Assembly (NCBI GenBank): GCA_963750165.1
Contig: CAVVPN010000003.1
Location: 800,001 to 864,000, forward strand
Origin: an uncultured Gemmataceae bacterium
GTDB taxonomy: Bacteria > Planctomycetota > Planctomycetia > Gemmatales > Gemmataceae
Reading direction: 5' to 3'
Length of the DNA stretch: 64,000 nt
Shown here: positions 9,899-19,776 of the stretch, piece by piece
Numbering within the stretch: the first letter of the stretch is position 1
Layout: every line of letters begins with the position of its first letter
Notes under the pieces: generated by a model
The model's input: only the letters and a program-made list of their open reading frames with translations
The model's database searches: none
Told to the model about the DNA's origin: nothing
Program-made: the position numbers and the translations under genes

Positions 9899-10972
9899 TC
9901 AGTCATACCGCCCGCTGGCCTCGATTGACCACAGCGCCGCCACCCGACCGCCGCGCACCGCGACGCACGCCCGGTGCAGATTCATCGTCGCACAGCAGTG
10001 CGCCGGCAGCACCTCCCGATGGTCGCCGACCTTCACGCTGTCGTCGGTCGTCTCGACCAGCGTGTGCTCCTCCGACAGCTTCAACACGCACTCCTGCGGC
10101 CGGCCCTTGATGACCGGCGTGCCGAAATCCTTGGAGATCGCCTTGCTGCCGGCGTCGAGCACGTAGCCGCCCGACCGCCGGCTGATGACCGTCGCCCAGA
10201 TCGACAGCGAACAGCCGAACTCCGGCCGCACCGTGTGGTACGCCGCGTCCATCAGCACGAACGAGCCCGGCTGAATCTCCGTGATGCCCGGCGTCGCGGC
10301 CACGAACTCCCAGGTGCCGGTGCCGGCGCCGGTCACCACTTCAACCGGGATGCCGTGCTGCTCCAGCAACCGCCGCGACGCGAGCAACGGCTCCAGCGCC
10401 TGCCGGCAGCGGCTGCCGCGCTCGGCCGCGTCCGGCACCTGCTGTAAATGGCCGTCGTAACCCTGCAGGCCGACGAAGCGCAGCCCCGGACTCTCGCAGA
10501 TGCGCCGCGCCAGCGCCAGCACCGGCTCGCCCGGCGCGACGCCACAGCGGCGCATGCCGATGTCCACCTCGACCAGCACACCAATGGTCACGCCCGCCGC
10601 CTGGGCCGCGCTCGACAGCGCCGCGCTGTTGTCGGCGTCGTCCACGCAAACGCGCACCGTCGCCCGCCGGGCCAGCTCCGCCAGCCGCCGCAGCTTGATC
10701 GGGCCGACGAGCTGGTTGGCGATGAAGATGTCGGTCAGCCCGGCGTCGGCGAGCACTTCCGCCTCACACAGCTTGGCGCACAGAAAGCCGTCCGCTCCCG
10801 CCGCGGAGATGTGCTTCGCCAGGCCGGCGCACTTGAGTGACTTGAAATGCACGCGCACCTGGACGCCCCGCGGCCGGCAGGCGTCGAACATGCGCCGCAG
10901 GTTGGCGTCCACGATGTCCAGGTCGATGAGCAGTTGCGGAGAATCCAGGGTGTCCAGCGGTTGGCCGAGCAT
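9899..10972 (-). CDS. DSD1/D-threonine aldolase family PLP enzyme
   Basis: LDSPQLLID, RVHFKSLK, GLQGYDGH, EIQPGSF, LSEEH, HCC. Confidence 0.85.
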   Translation of the reverse strand: MLGQPLDTLDSPQLLIDLDIVDANLRRMFDACRPRGVQVRVHFKSLKCAGLAKHISAAGADGFLCAKLCEAEVLADAGLTDIFIANQLVGPIKLRRLAELARRATVRVCVDDADNSAALSSAAQAAGVTIGVLVEVDIGMRRCGVAPGEPVLALARRICESPGLRFVGLQGYDGHLQQVPDAAERGSRCRQALEPLLASRRLLEQHGIPVEVVTGAGTGTWEFVAATPGITEIQPGSFVLMDAAYHTVRPEFGCSLSIWATVISRRSGGYVLDAGSKAISKDFGTPVIKGRPQECVLKLSEEHTLVETTDDSVKVGDHREVLPAHCCATMNLHRACVAVRGGRVAALWSIEASGRYD

Positions 10973-11077
10973 GAAGGCTCCTTGGGTTGAGGTTACCGGT
11001 TCATTTATGGTTCCGCACGGGCAGAGGCCGCGCGAAACCATTAAATGAAAACAGTCGCAAAATCCGCAGATCGCGTC

Positions 11078-11106
11078 TTGACAGTCGCGGTGTCGGTAAG
11101 TAGCTT
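11078..11106 (+). promoter_or_regulatory. sigma-70 promoter of the S10 operon
   Basis: TTGACA-17nt-TAGCTT upstream of rpsJ. Confidence 0.6.
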
Positions 11107-11159
11107 TACACTTTCGCTTTGTACGAAAAGCGTCAGGCTTTCGATTGAAGGAGACACCG

Positions 11160-11498
11160 TTGGCTGGCTTCTCGAACGAGCGCATCCGCATCCGGATGGA
11201 AGCGTTTGACCATGAGGTGCTCGACCGCACCGCCCACGAGATCGTGGACACTGCGAAGAAGACCGGCGCCATGGTCCACGGCCCGATCCCGCTGCCGACG
11301 CGCATCGAACGCTACACGGTGTTGCGCAGCCCACACATCGACCGCAAGTCGCGCGAACAGTTTGAAATTCGCACGCACAAGCGGTTGATCGACATCCTGC
11401 AACCAACGGGCAAGACCATTGAAGCGCTGAACAAGGGCCTGAGCCTGCCGCCCGGCGTGGACATCAAGATTCGGGTGATGGCCGCGTCGGCGAGTTGA
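11160..11498 (+). CDS. rpsJ: 30S ribosomal protein S10
   Basis: [33 protein letters not shown] start after GAAGGAG. Confidence 0.97.
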   Translation: MAGFSNERIRIRMEAFDHEVLDRTAHEIVDTAKKTGAMVHGPIPLPTRIERYTVLRSPHIDRKSREQFEIRTHKRLIDILQPTGKTIEALNKGLSLPPGVDIKIRVMAASAS

Positions 11499-11596
11499 GC
11501 CGGTTGGGCAGTACAGAGCGGACGACAGCATCATTCATGGTCGCGTGGAAGTGGGAATCTGTCCACGCGACCATGCTCTTGTTTGAGGAAGGCACC

Positions 11597-12283
11597 GTGG
11601 CTACCGCAGAAACGAAACCGCTGAGCCTGCCCGTGTACAACACGCAGGGTGTGGCGACCGCGACCGTGGAACTGGACCCCGGCGAGTTCGGCGGCGAGAT
11701 CAACCGCCAGCTGCTGCACGAGGTTGTGCTGATGTACCTGGCCAACCAGCGCGCCGGCACGCACTCGACCAAGCGTCGCGGCGAGGTGGCCGGCAGCACC
11801 AAGAAGGTGTTCCGCCAGAAGGGCACCGGTAACGCCCGCATCGGCACCAAGCGCACCAACAAGCGCCGCGGCGGCGGCACCGCCAAGGGCCCCAAGCCGC
11901 GCGACTATGAATATCACCTGCCGAAGAAGGCCGTCCGTGCCGCCACGCGCATGGCCATCCTCAGCAAGTTGCAGGACCAGGAGACGATCATCGTCGAGGA
12001 GCTGAAGTTCCCCGAGATCAAGACCAAGCAGGTGGCCCAGGCACTCAAGGCCCTGAAGGTTGATGAACTGACCTGCCTGATTGGCCTGGGGGCCAGCGAC
12101 ATCGACGAGCAGCGCACGGTGTACATGTCGGCGCGCAACATCAAGGGTGTGTCGATCCGCCCGGCGACGGAGTTCAACGCCTACAACGTGCTCAAGCCCA
12201 AACGGCTGGTGCTGACGAAGGCGGCCCTGGAAGAGTTATGCGCGAACGTGAAATACGGGCCGGCACCCACGGCCCAGGCGTGA
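11597..12283 (+). CDS. rplD: 50S ribosomal protein L4
   Basis: [29 protein letters not shown]. Confidence 0.97.
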   Translation: MATAETKPLSLPVYNTQGVATATVELDPGEFGGEINRQLLHEVVLMYLANQRAGTHSTKRRGEVAGSTKKVFRQKGTGNARIGTKRTNKRRGGGTAKGPKPRDYEYHLPKKAVRAATRMAILSKLQDQETIIVEELKFPEIKTKQVAQALKALKVDELTCLIGLGASDIDEQRTVYMSARNIKGVSIRPATEFNAYNVLKPKRLVLTKAALEELCANVKYGPAPTAQA

Positions 12284-12299
12284 GTAAAGGACGGGCAGC

Positions 12300-12632
12300 A
12301 TGGCGACACCCCAACAGCAACCGCGGCAGCGGCAGTCCGGCCCCAAGCTGGAAGCGCACCAGATCATCCTGCGCCCGCTCATCACCGAGAAGGGCACGCA
12401 CCAATCGACGCACGAGCACCACAACGCCTACTCGTTCCAGGTGAACCTGTGGGCCGACAAGCACCAGATCCGGGCCGCGGTGCAGGAGTTGTTCAACGTG
12501 CGCGTCGAGAAGGTGCGGACGCAGACCCGGCTCGGCAAGAAACGCCGCTTCCGCTTCCGTCACGGCAAGCTATCGAACTGGAAGAAGGCCATCGTCAAAC
12601 TGCACCCGGAAGACAAGATTGATTTCTTCTGA
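12300..12632 (+). CDS. rplW: 50S ribosomal protein L23
   Basis: ILRPLITEK..WKKAIVKL. Confidence 0.95.
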   Translation: MATPQQQPRQRQSGPKLEAHQIILRPLITEKGTHQSTHEHHNAYSFQVNLWADKHQIRAAVQELFNVRVEKVRTQTRLGKKRRFRFRHGKLSNWKKAIVKLHPEDKIDFF

Positions 12633-12693
12633 GATTCCTGCTCCCCTCTCCCCCAGGTAGGGGAGCGGGGAGGAAGACGAAGGGTACACCGTC

Positions 12694-13548
12694 ATGGGCA
12701 TTCGCTACTACAAGCCGACGACGCCGGGCCGCCGCCAGGGCTCCGTCAGCGACTTCGCGGACATCACCGACCGCAAGAAGAAGCCGGAAAAGACGCTGCT
12801 CAAACCGCACAAGGCCAAGGGCGGGCGCAACTTCCAGGGCGTCACCTGCACGCGCTTCCGCGGCGGCGGCCACAAGCGCATGTATCGCGTCATCGACTTC
12901 AAGCGCCGCAAGGACAACGTCTGGGCGACGGTCCTCTCCATTGAGTACGACCCCAACCGTACGCCGCGCATCGCCCTGCTCCAGTACGAGGACGGCGAAA
13001 AGGCGTACATCCTGGCGCCTGAGGGCCTCAAGGCCGGCGACCGCGTCATCAGTGGCGAGGACGTGGAGCCGCGTGTCGGCAACTGTATGCCGCTCAAGAA
13101 GGTGCCGCCGGGCATGGAAGTCCACAACGTCGAGTTGCAGCCGGGCCGCGGCGGTCAGCTGGGTCGCAGTGCCGGCACCGGCATCAACATCAGTGCCCGC
13201 GAGGGCGACTGGGCGCAGATCACGCTGCCCTCCGGTGAGGTGCGCCGCGTCAGCTCGAACTGCCGGGCGACCATCGGCACGCTCGGCAATGCGGATCACA
13301 TGAACATTAGCCTGGGCAAGGCCGGGCGCGTGCGCTGGAAGGGCCGGCGGCCGCACAACCGTGGCACGTCGATGAACCCGGTCAACCACCCGATGGGCGG
13401 CGGCGAGGGCCGTACCGCTGGCGGCCGGCACCCGTGCAGCCCGACCGGTGTGCTTGCCAAGGGTGGCAAGACGCGCAAGAAACGCAAGCCGTCCAACTCG
13501 GCCATCATCCGCCGCCGCCGGCCGGGCCCGCACTATGCGGAAAAATAA
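12694..13548 (+). CDS. rplB: 50S ribosomal protein L2
   Basis: [20 protein letters not shown]. Confidence 0.98.
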   Translation: MGIRYYKPTTPGRRQGSVSDFADITDRKKKPEKTLLKPHKAKGGRNFQGVTCTRFRGGGHKRMYRVIDFKRRKDNVWATVLSIEYDPNRTPRIALLQYEDGEKAYILAPEGLKAGDRVISGEDVEPRVGNCMPLKKVPPGMEVHNVELQPGRGGQLGRSAGTGINISAREGDWAQITLPSGEVRRVSSNCRATIGTLGNADHMNISLGKAGRVRWKGRRPHNRGTSMNPVNHPMGGGEGRTAGGRHPCSPTGVLAKGGKTRKKRKPSNSAIIRRRRPGPHYAEK

Positions 13549-13617
13549 TGAATTGCCCTGGCCGCTTTGCGGTCGTGAGCTACAATAAAAAACTTGGTAC
13601 TCAAGGTGGAGTGAGCG

Positions 13618-13887
13618 ATGAGTCGTTCGCTGAAAAAAGGCCCGTATGTGGACGCCCGGCTGCTGGCCAAGGTCGAAAAGCAGAACACCGGCCATCGCGA
13701 GCCGATCAAAACCTGGTCCCGCGACTGCGTGATCGTGCCCGATTTCATCGGCTTCACCTTTCTGGTTCACAACGGCCAGAAGTTCATGAAACTGTTCGTG
13801 ACCGAGGAAATGATTGGGCACAAGCTCGGTGAGTTTGCCCCGACGCGGCTCTTCAAGTCGCACAGCGGCGGCAAGGGGAAGAAGTAA
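13618..13887 (+). CDS. rpsS: 30S ribosomal protein S19
   Basis: [23 protein letters not shown]. Confidence 0.98.
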   Translation: MSRSLKKGPYVDARLLAKVEKQNTGHREPIKTWSRDCVIVPDFIGFTFLVHNGQKFMKLFVTEEMIGHKLGEFAPTRLFKSHSGGKGKK

Positions 13888-13888
13888 C

Positions 13889-13951
13889 AGCGAGCGGGGT
13901 CGCGTCAGCGCCCCGTGCAACCCACGGGCGCTGACGCGACCCCGCTCGCTG
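13889..13951. repeat. REP-like palindrome, family C (GCGTCAGC..GCTGACGC)
   Basis: Inverted repeat; related copy at 38196-38265. Confidence 0.7.
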
Positions 13952-13965
13952 GACGAGATACATAA

Positions 13966-14037
13966 CCCGGGGTGGAGCAGTGGTAGCTCGCCAGGCTCAT
14001 AACCTGGAGGTCGTCGGTTCAAATCCGGCCCCCGGAA
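13966..14037 (+). tRNA. Initiator-type tRNA-Met(CAU); CCA not encoded
   Basis: C1xA72 mismatch, A11-U24, CTCATAA loop, GTCGGTTCAAATCCGGC T-arm as in tRNA-fMet; anticodon stem CCAGG/CCTGG. Confidence 0.9.
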
Positions 14038-14151
14038 TTTTTTAACCCCCCGCGCACACCACGTCGGCAGGGACGTGCCGCTCCCCTGGGGGATGATCGA
14101 ATCCCCAAGGGGGTCGTTCGCGTTTATGGGTTGAGGTTGTTGAGGTTTGTC

Positions 14152-14487
14152 ATGGACTACAAAGCACTGCACCGCTACGCCGACGTGACCGCCCGCAAGC
14201 TGCGGCCCTTCGCCCAGCTGATCCGCGGCAAGTACGCCGACGAGGCACTGGAGTTGCTGCGTTTTCTGCCCAACAAGAGCGCCCGGCTGCTGGAAGCGGT
14301 GCTCAAGAGCGCCCTGGGCAACGCCGAGGATCGCGGCGCCACTGACATGGATGATTTGTATGTCAAGGAGTCGCGCATTGATGGCGGCCCCATCATGAAA
14401 CGCATCATGCCGCGCGCCCGCGGCACCGCGTACCCGATCAAGAAGCGCTATGCCCACATCCACATTGTCCTGTCGGATGAGGAATAG
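14152..14487 (+). CDS. rplV: 50S ribosomal protein L22
   Basis: TARKLR..IRGK..KSALGNA..PRARG. Confidence 0.95.
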   Translation: MDYKALHRYADVTARKLRPFAQLIRGKYADEALELLRFLPNKSARLLEAVLKSALGNAEDRGATDMDDLYVKESRIDGGPIMKRIMPRARGTAYPIKKRYAHIHIVLSDEE

Positions 14488-14568
14488 CGCAGAACGGAAC
14501 GGGGAGCCAATGTCGTCCCGACCGGGGTGAGGTTGGCTCCGGTTTTTTTGCAAGCGAGAGAGGTTCGT

Positions 14569-15273
14569 ATGGGTCAAAAAGTTCGGCCCACCGGCTTCCG
14601 CACCGGCATCATGGTGGACTGGCTCAGCCGCTGGTACGCCAACAAGCAGGACTTCGCCGAGTTGCTGGTTGAGGACTTTCGCATCCGGGCGTTCATCAAG
14701 AAGCGCTACGGCCACTCCGGCATCGCGCGCATCAAGATCGAGCGCACCCGCGAGAAAGTCGTCGTCTACATTTACGCGGAGCGGGTTGGCATCATCATCG
14801 GCAAGAAGGGCGCCGAGGTTGATAAACTGACCAAGGACCTGGAAAACCTGGCCCATCGTCACATCGAAGTCAAGACGATGGAGGTCAACAACCCGCTGCG
14901 CGACGCCCAGCTCGTGGCGGAGCGCATCGCCGAGCAACTGGAAAAGCGGGCCAGCTTCCGCCGCACCATGAAGCGGGCGATGGACGAGACGATGGAGGCC
15001 GGCGCCAAGGGCGTGCGCTTGCAGTTGTCGGGGCGGCTGGGCGGGGCGGAAATGGCCCGCTGCGAGAAGAGCATGGAGGGCAGCATTCCGCTGTCCACCC
15101 TGCGGGCGAAGGTCGAATACGGTTTCAGCGAGGCCAAGACGGCGCAGGGCCACATTGGCATCAAAGTCTGGGTGAACAACGGGGACTACCTGGACCCCGA
15201 GGAGGCGAACGATGCCGCTCATGCCCAAACGGGTAAAGTTCCGAAAAAGCCAACGCGGCAAGGTAAAAGGTAA
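14569..15273 (+). CDS. rpsC: 30S ribosomal protein S3
   Basis: MGQKVRPTGFR, SGRLGGAEMAR, IPLSTLRA. Confidence 0.97.
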   Translation: MGQKVRPTGFRTGIMVDWLSRWYANKQDFAELLVEDFRIRAFIKKRYGHSGIARIKIERTREKVVVYIYAERVGIIIGKKGAEVDKLTKDLENLAHRHIEVKTMEVNNPLRDAQLVAERIAEQLEKRASFRRTMKRAMDETMEAGAKGVRLQLSGRLGGAEMARCEKSMEGSIPLSTLRAKVEYGFSEAKTAQGHIGIKVWVNNGDYLDPEEANDAAHAQTGKVPKKPTRQGKR

Positions 15274-15631
15274 CGCCCAGCGCGGCAACACCGTCTCCTA
15301 CGGCGAGTTCGGGTTGCAGTCGCTGGAGGCCGGTTGGTTGAGCGCCGAGGCCATCGAGGCCGGGCGCATCACCGCGGCGCACTCGGTGCGCGGCGAGGGC
15401 CGGTTGTACATCCGCGTCTTCCCGCACAAGTCGGTGACATCCATCCCCGCCGAGACGCGCATGGGCAAGGGCAAGGGTGAGCCCGAATTCTGGGCCGCTG
15501 TGGTCAAGCCGGGCATGATCCTGTTCGAGATCGCCGGCCTACCCGAGGCCCAGGCCCGCAACGCCCTGGCCAGCGTCGCGTACAAGATGCCGTTCAAGTG
15601 CCGGTTTGTCAGCCGCCGGCCGAACATTTAA
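15212..15631 (+). CDS. rplP: 50S ribosomal protein L16
   Basis: MPKRVKFRK, RMGKGKG. Confidence 0.97.
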   Translation: MPLMPKRVKFRKSQRGKVKGNAQRGNTVSYGEFGLQSLEAGWLSAEAIEAGRITAAHSVRGEGRLYIRVFPHKSVTSIPAETRMGKGKGEPEFWAAVVKPGMILFEIAGLPEAQARNALASVAYKMPFKCRFVSRRPNI

Positions 15632-15709
15632 GGTAGCTCTGCCGTTTGCGGCTTGGCGGGGTTGAAGCGCGTGAAGCCGCAAGCGGCAGAGAAGAAGGAC
15701 GCGGGAGCC

Positions 15710-15952
15710 ATGAAGAACGTCGACCTGCGGCAGATGACCGACGAGCAACTGGAACTGCAACTGCGCGAGGTTGTCAAGAACCTCTTTCACCTGCGCTTCC
15801 AGTCCGCGACGGAACGACTGGAGACGCCCAGCGAAATGTTGAAGGCACGCCGGGAAGTGGCCCGGATCAAGACCATTCAGCGCGAGCGGCAGCTGGCGGT
15901 GGAGCGCGAGCGACAGTTGGTCGCGGCGAGCACGCCGGCGACGGGAGGCTAA
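15710..15952 (+). CDS. rpmC: 50S ribosomal protein L29
   Basis: LFHLRFQ..RREVARIKT. Confidence 0.93.
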   Translation: MKNVDLRQMTDEQLELQLREVVKNLFHLRFQSATERLETPSEMLKARREVARIKTIQRERQLAVERERQLVAASTPATGG

Positions 15953-15959
15953 CGGAACG

Positions 15960-16304
15960 ATGGCGGACACCCAAACCCCGACCCCGACGCAGGAACGCGG
16001 CAAGCGGCGCACGGCGATCGGCATTGTCACGAGCGACAAGATGATGAAGACGCGCCGGGTCGAAATCCCCCGGTTGGTCAAGCACCAGCGCTACGGCAAA
16101 TACATCAAGCGCCGCACCGTCTGCCACGTCCACGACGAGAACAACGAGTCGCACACCGGCGACACCGTGGAGATCATGGAGACGCGGCCGATCTCGAAAC
16201 TGAAGTGCTGGCGGATGGTGCGCATCGTCACCAAGTCAGCCCAGGCTCTGCTCGCCGAGCAGCAGGCCGCCGCCGCGGCCAACCCGGCGCCGCCGACGCC
16301 GTGA
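15960..16304 (+). CDS. rpsQ: 30S ribosomal protein S17
   Basis: SDKMMKT, HVHDE..GDTVEIMETRPISK. Confidence 0.96.
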   Translation: MADTQTPTPTQERGKRRTAIGIVTSDKMMKTRRVEIPRLVKHQRYGKYIKRRTVCHVHDENNESHTGDTVEIMETRPISKLKCWRMVRIVTKSAQALLAEQQAAAAANPAPPTP

Positions 16305-16400
16305 TCCCGTTGTAAGTTTCGGTCGCGCCCGACCAGCGGCAGCGCGACCCTGGCAGAAGCAGACGGACTCGTGGTCGAGTCGGAAGGCAGGTAGTTGTTC

Positions 16401-16772
16401 ATGATTCAGATGTATACGTACCTGGATGTTGCCGATAACACCGGCGCCAAGGAGTGCATGTGCATCAAGGTGCTGGGCGGCACGCGGCGGCGCTACGCCG
16501 GCCTGGGGGACGTGATTATCGCCAGCGTCAAGAAGGCGATCCCCGGTGGCGACGTGAAGCCGGGCGATGTGGTCAAGGGCGTCGTCGTCCGCATCAAGAA
16601 GCCGACGCGCCGCGAAGACGGCAGCTATGTCCGCTTCGACCGCAACGCCCTGGTGCTGATTAACAAGGAAGACCAGGAGCCGCGCGGCACCCGTATCTTC
16701 GGCGCCGTGGCCCGCGAGCTGCGCGAACGCGGCTTCATGAAGATCGTCAGCCTGGCGGCGGAAGTCGTTTGA
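16401..16772 (+). CDS. rplN: 50S ribosomal protein L14
   Basis: [21 protein letters not shown]. Confidence 0.98.
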   Translation: MIQMYTYLDVADNTGAKECMCIKVLGGTRRRYAGLGDVIIASVKKAIPGGDVKPGDVVKGVVVRIKKPTRREDGSYVRFDRNALVLINKEDQEPRGTRIFGAVARELRERGFMKIVSLAAEVV

Positions 16773-16826
16773 TCAAAAACCAGTCGAGATGACGGCTCCA
16801 AGCTGTCCCTTGTGGGTGAGGTTGTC

Positions 16827-17369
16827 ATGGCGCGGTTGATGGATCGTTACCAGAAAGAGATCATCAAGCAGCTGTCGGACAAGCTGGGGCGCAAGAACGT
16901 TCACAGCATTCCGAAGCTGCAGAAGATCGTCGTCAACATGGGCGTCGGCAAGGCGCTGCAGGACAAGAACCGCATGGAGCAGGCGGCCGAGAACCTGACG
17001 CAGATCACCGGCCAGCGCGCCCAGGTCACCAAGGCCAAACTCGCCGTCAGCGGTTTCCGTCTGCGCGAGGGTAATGAAATCGGTTGCCGGGTCACCCTCC
17101 GCGGTCGGCGCATGTATGAGTTCCTGGACCGGCTCATCAGCATTGCCCTGCCGCGTATCCGCGACTTCCGCGGCGTGAATCCCAAGAGTTTCGATGGCCA
17201 CGGCAACTACAGCATGGGCCTGACCGAGCAAATGGTCTTCCCGGAGATCGACCCGGACAAGGTGACGTTCACCCAGGGCATGGACGTGACCTTCGTCACC
17301 AGCACCACCAACGACGACGAGGCCCGTGAACTGCTGCGGGCGTTTGGCATGCCGTTCCGCGAGGCGTAA
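16827..17369 (+). CDS. rplE: 50S ribosomal protein L5
   Basis: [23 protein letters not shown]. Confidence 0.98.
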   Translation: MARLMDRYQKEIIKQLSDKLGRKNVHSIPKLQKIVVNMGVGKALQDKNRMEQAAENLTQITGQRAQVTKAKLAVSGFRLREGNEIGCRVTLRGRRMYEFLDRLISIALPRIRDFRGVNPKSFDGHGNYSMGLTEQMVFPEIDPDKVTFTQGMDVTFVTSTTNDDEARELLRAFGMPFREA

Positions 17370-17387
17370 AATCCCAGGGCCCCCGTT

Positions 17388-17495
17388 GTGGCCTGGTCTC
17401 CGGACCAGGCCACTGGACCTGACCGAAGGTCTCAAAAAGTGGCAGTGGAGACCTTCGGTCGTAAGCGTGGCACGGTCGGGAGACCGTGCCACAAC
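17388..17495. repeat. Compound REP-like palindrome in the rplE-rpsN spacer
   Basis: GTGGCC..GGCCAC, GACCGAAGGTCTC/GAGACCTTCGGTC and GTGGCACGGTC/GACCGTGCCAC stems. Confidence 0.7.
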
Positions 17496-17504
17496 GAGGC
17501 GTAC

Positions 17505-17741
17505 ATGACCACCGAAGCGAAAAACGTCGAGTTCAAGCGCGACCTGGCGCGGCTGGAGGCGAACAAGCGCGATCCGGTCAAGAACAAGCTGCGGCCGCGC
17601 GATAAGATCCGCATCCGCCTGCGCTGCCGGCTGTGCGGCCGCGCCCGCGCCGTGTACCGCAAGTTCGGCATCTGTCGCATCTGTTTCCGGGACATGGCCA
17701 GCAGCGGCCTCATCCCTGGCGTGAAAAAAGCGAGCTGGTGA
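17505..17741 (+). CDS. rpsN: 30S ribosomal protein S14, zinc-binding type, 78 aa
   Basis: [16 protein letters not shown]. Confidence 0.95.
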   Translation: MTTEAKNVEFKRDLARLEANKRDPVKNKLRPRDKIRIRLRCRLCGRARAVYRKFGICRICFRDMASSGLIPGVKKASW

Positions 17742-17751
17742 GACCCGTACC

Positions 17752-18198
17752 ATGATGACCGACCCGATCGCTGACATGTTGACGCGCATCCGCAACGCCA
17801 ACCGCATCGAGCGGCCCGCCGTGGACATGCCGGCCACGCACCTCAAGGCCCGTATCGCCCAGGTGCTCAAGGATGAGGGTTTCATCCTCGACTTCCAGCT
17901 GGGCAAGTCCGTCAAGGACGAGCAGGGCGCCATGACGTTCCAGCCAATCAGCGACCTGAAGGAGCCGCACGTCGTCCTGCGCGTGTACCTGAAGTACGGC
18001 CCCGACGGCGAAAAAGTGCTGCGCCGCATCGACCGCGCCAGCCGGCCGGGACGACGGCTGTACCGCGGCTACGCGGACCTCAAGCCGGTGCTCGACGGGC
18101 TGGGCATCGCCATCCTCAGCACCAGCCACGGCGTCATGAGCGATCGCCAGGCCCGCGCCCAACGGCTCGGCGGCGAACTGCTCTGCACCGTGTACTAA
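17752..18198 (+). CDS. rpsH: 30S ribosomal protein S8
   Basis: DPIADMLTRIRNA, SRPGRRLY, GGELLC. Confidence 0.97.
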   Translation: MMTDPIADMLTRIRNANRIERPAVDMPATHLKARIAQVLKDEGFILDFQLGKSVKDEQGAMTFQPISDLKEPHVVLRVYLKYGPDGEKVLRRIDRASRPGRRLYRGYADLKPVLDGLGIAILSTSHGVMSDRQARAQRLGGELLCTVY

Positions 18199-18243
18199 TT
18201 CCTCTGCCGCTGGCGGCAGAAAAGACAGCTAGGAGTGACGGCC

Positions 18244-18795
18244 ATGTCACGTATCGGCAAACAACCCATCGCGCTGCCGGTCGGCGTCAAGGCGAACATC
18301 GCCGACGGCAAGGTGCGCGTCGAGGGGCCCAAGGGCAAACTGGAGCTGGCGTACCACCCCGCCATGCAGGTCCAGATCGACGATAAGACCAAGGCCATCC
18401 AGGTGACGCGGCCTAATGATGATCGCCAGAATCGCTCCCTGCACGGCCTGACGCGCAGCCTGATCGCCAACATGGTCGAGGGCGTCACCAAGGGCTTCGA
18501 GAAGAAGCTCAAGATCGAGGGCATCGGCTACCAGGCCCGCATGGACAAGACCGCGGTGGTGTTGACGGTCGGCTTCGCCAACCCCATCAGCATGATGCCG
18601 CCGCCGGGCGTCACCGTCGAACTGACGGACCCGACGACCATCATTATCAAGGGTGCCGACAAGCAGAAGGTCGGCCAGTTCGCCGCCGAGGTCCGCGCCG
18701 CCCGCAAGCCGGAGCCCTACAAGGGCAAGGGCATTCGCTACGAAAACGAACAGGTGCGCCGCAAGGAAGGCAAGTCCTTCGCCGCCGGCGGTTAA
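18244..18795 (+). CDS. rplF: 50S ribosomal protein L6
   Basis: MSRIGK, PEPYKGKGIRY. Confidence 0.98.
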   Translation: MSRIGKQPIALPVGVKANIADGKVRVEGPKGKLELAYHPAMQVQIDDKTKAIQVTRPNDDRQNRSLHGLTRSLIANMVEGVTKGFEKKLKIEGIGYQARMDKTAVVLTVGFANPISMMPPPGVTVELTDPTTIIIKGADKQKVGQFAAEVRAARKPEPYKGKGIRYENEQVRRKEGKSFAAGG

Positions 18796-18825
18796 TCAGC
18801 GTAGACCGACTCACGAGTGAATGTC

Positions 18826-19194
18826 ATGGATCATCACAAGGCCATCGCCAAGCAACGGCTCCGGCGCCGGCATCACGTCCGCCGCAAGATCGTCGGCACG
18901 ACCGAACGGCCGCGGTTGACCGTGTTCCGCAGTTCCAAGCACATTTACGCCCAGCTGATTGACGACCTCCAGGGCGTGACCCTGGCGGCCGCCAGCAGTT
19001 CCACGGCGGACGTGCGCAAGGACGTGCCCTATGGCGGCAACGTCAAGGCCGCCGCCGCGGTCGGCAAGCAGCTGGCCGAGGCCGCCAAAACCAAGGGCAT
19101 CACCCAGGCCGCCTTCGACCGCGGCCACTATCGCTACCACGGCCGCATCAAGGCGCTGGCCGACGCCGCCCGCGAAGGCGGGTTGCAGTTTTAA
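18826..19194 (+). CDS. rplR: 50S ribosomal protein L18
   Basis: [19 protein letters not shown]. Confidence 0.97.
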   Translation: MDHHKAIAKQRLRRRHHVRRKIVGTTERPRLTVFRSSKHIYAQLIDDLQGVTLAAASSSTADVRKDVPYGGNVKAAAAVGKQLAEAAKTKGITQAAFDRGHYRYHGRIKALADAAREGGLQF

Positions 19195-19278
19195 TCTGTG
19201 GGGCAGACATTCCTGTCTGCCGAACTACTGGCAGACAGGAATGTCTGCCCCACGAAGACAACGCAGGAACCCTGAGTC

Positions 19279-19776
19279 ATGGCCAGAGATCGCGATAACC
19301 GCCCCGAAGATTTGATCGACAAGGTCGTGAAGATCCGCCGCTGCGCCGCCGTGGTCAAGGGCGGTCGCCGCTTCAGCTTCAACGCCCTGGTCGTGGTCGG
19401 CGACCGCCGCGGCCGCGTCGCCTGGGGCTACGGCAAGGCCAACGAGGTGCCGCCCGCCGTCGATAAGGCCACCAAGGACGCCGAGGAAACGCTGCGCCGC
19501 CAGAAGAAGATTCAGCTCCGTGGCGAAACCATCCCGCACCGCGTCATCGGCCGCTTTGGCGGCAGCCGCGTCGTCCTGGTGCCGGCCGGCCCCGGCACTG
19601 GTGTCAAGGCGGGGCCTGGTGTCCGCGACGTGCTCGAAGCCTGCGGTATCCACAACATCCTGACCAAGACGCACGGTTCGACCAACCCGATTAACCTCGT
19701 CAAGGCCACCATCGACGGCCTGATGCAGTTGCGGACGCGCGAAGAGACGGCGCGCCTGCGAGGAGTGACGATCTAA
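19279..19776 (+). CDS. rpsE: 30S ribosomal protein S5
   Basis: VVKGGRRFSF, PAGPGTGV. Confidence 0.97.
   Translation: MARDRDNRPEDLIDKVVKIRRCAAVVKGGRRFSFNALVVVGDRRGRVAWGYGKANEVPPAVDKATKDAEETLRRQKKIQLRGETIPHRVIGRFGGSRVVLVPAGPGTGVKAGPGVRDVLEACGIHNILTKTHGSTNPINLVKATIDGLMQLRTREETARLRGVTI

Noticed and set aside
12595..15291. Long antisense ORFs over ribosomal and other genes (also 53325-56033 and 62339-63922)
   Set aside because: Expected in high-GC DNA opposite real genes; no recognisable motifs
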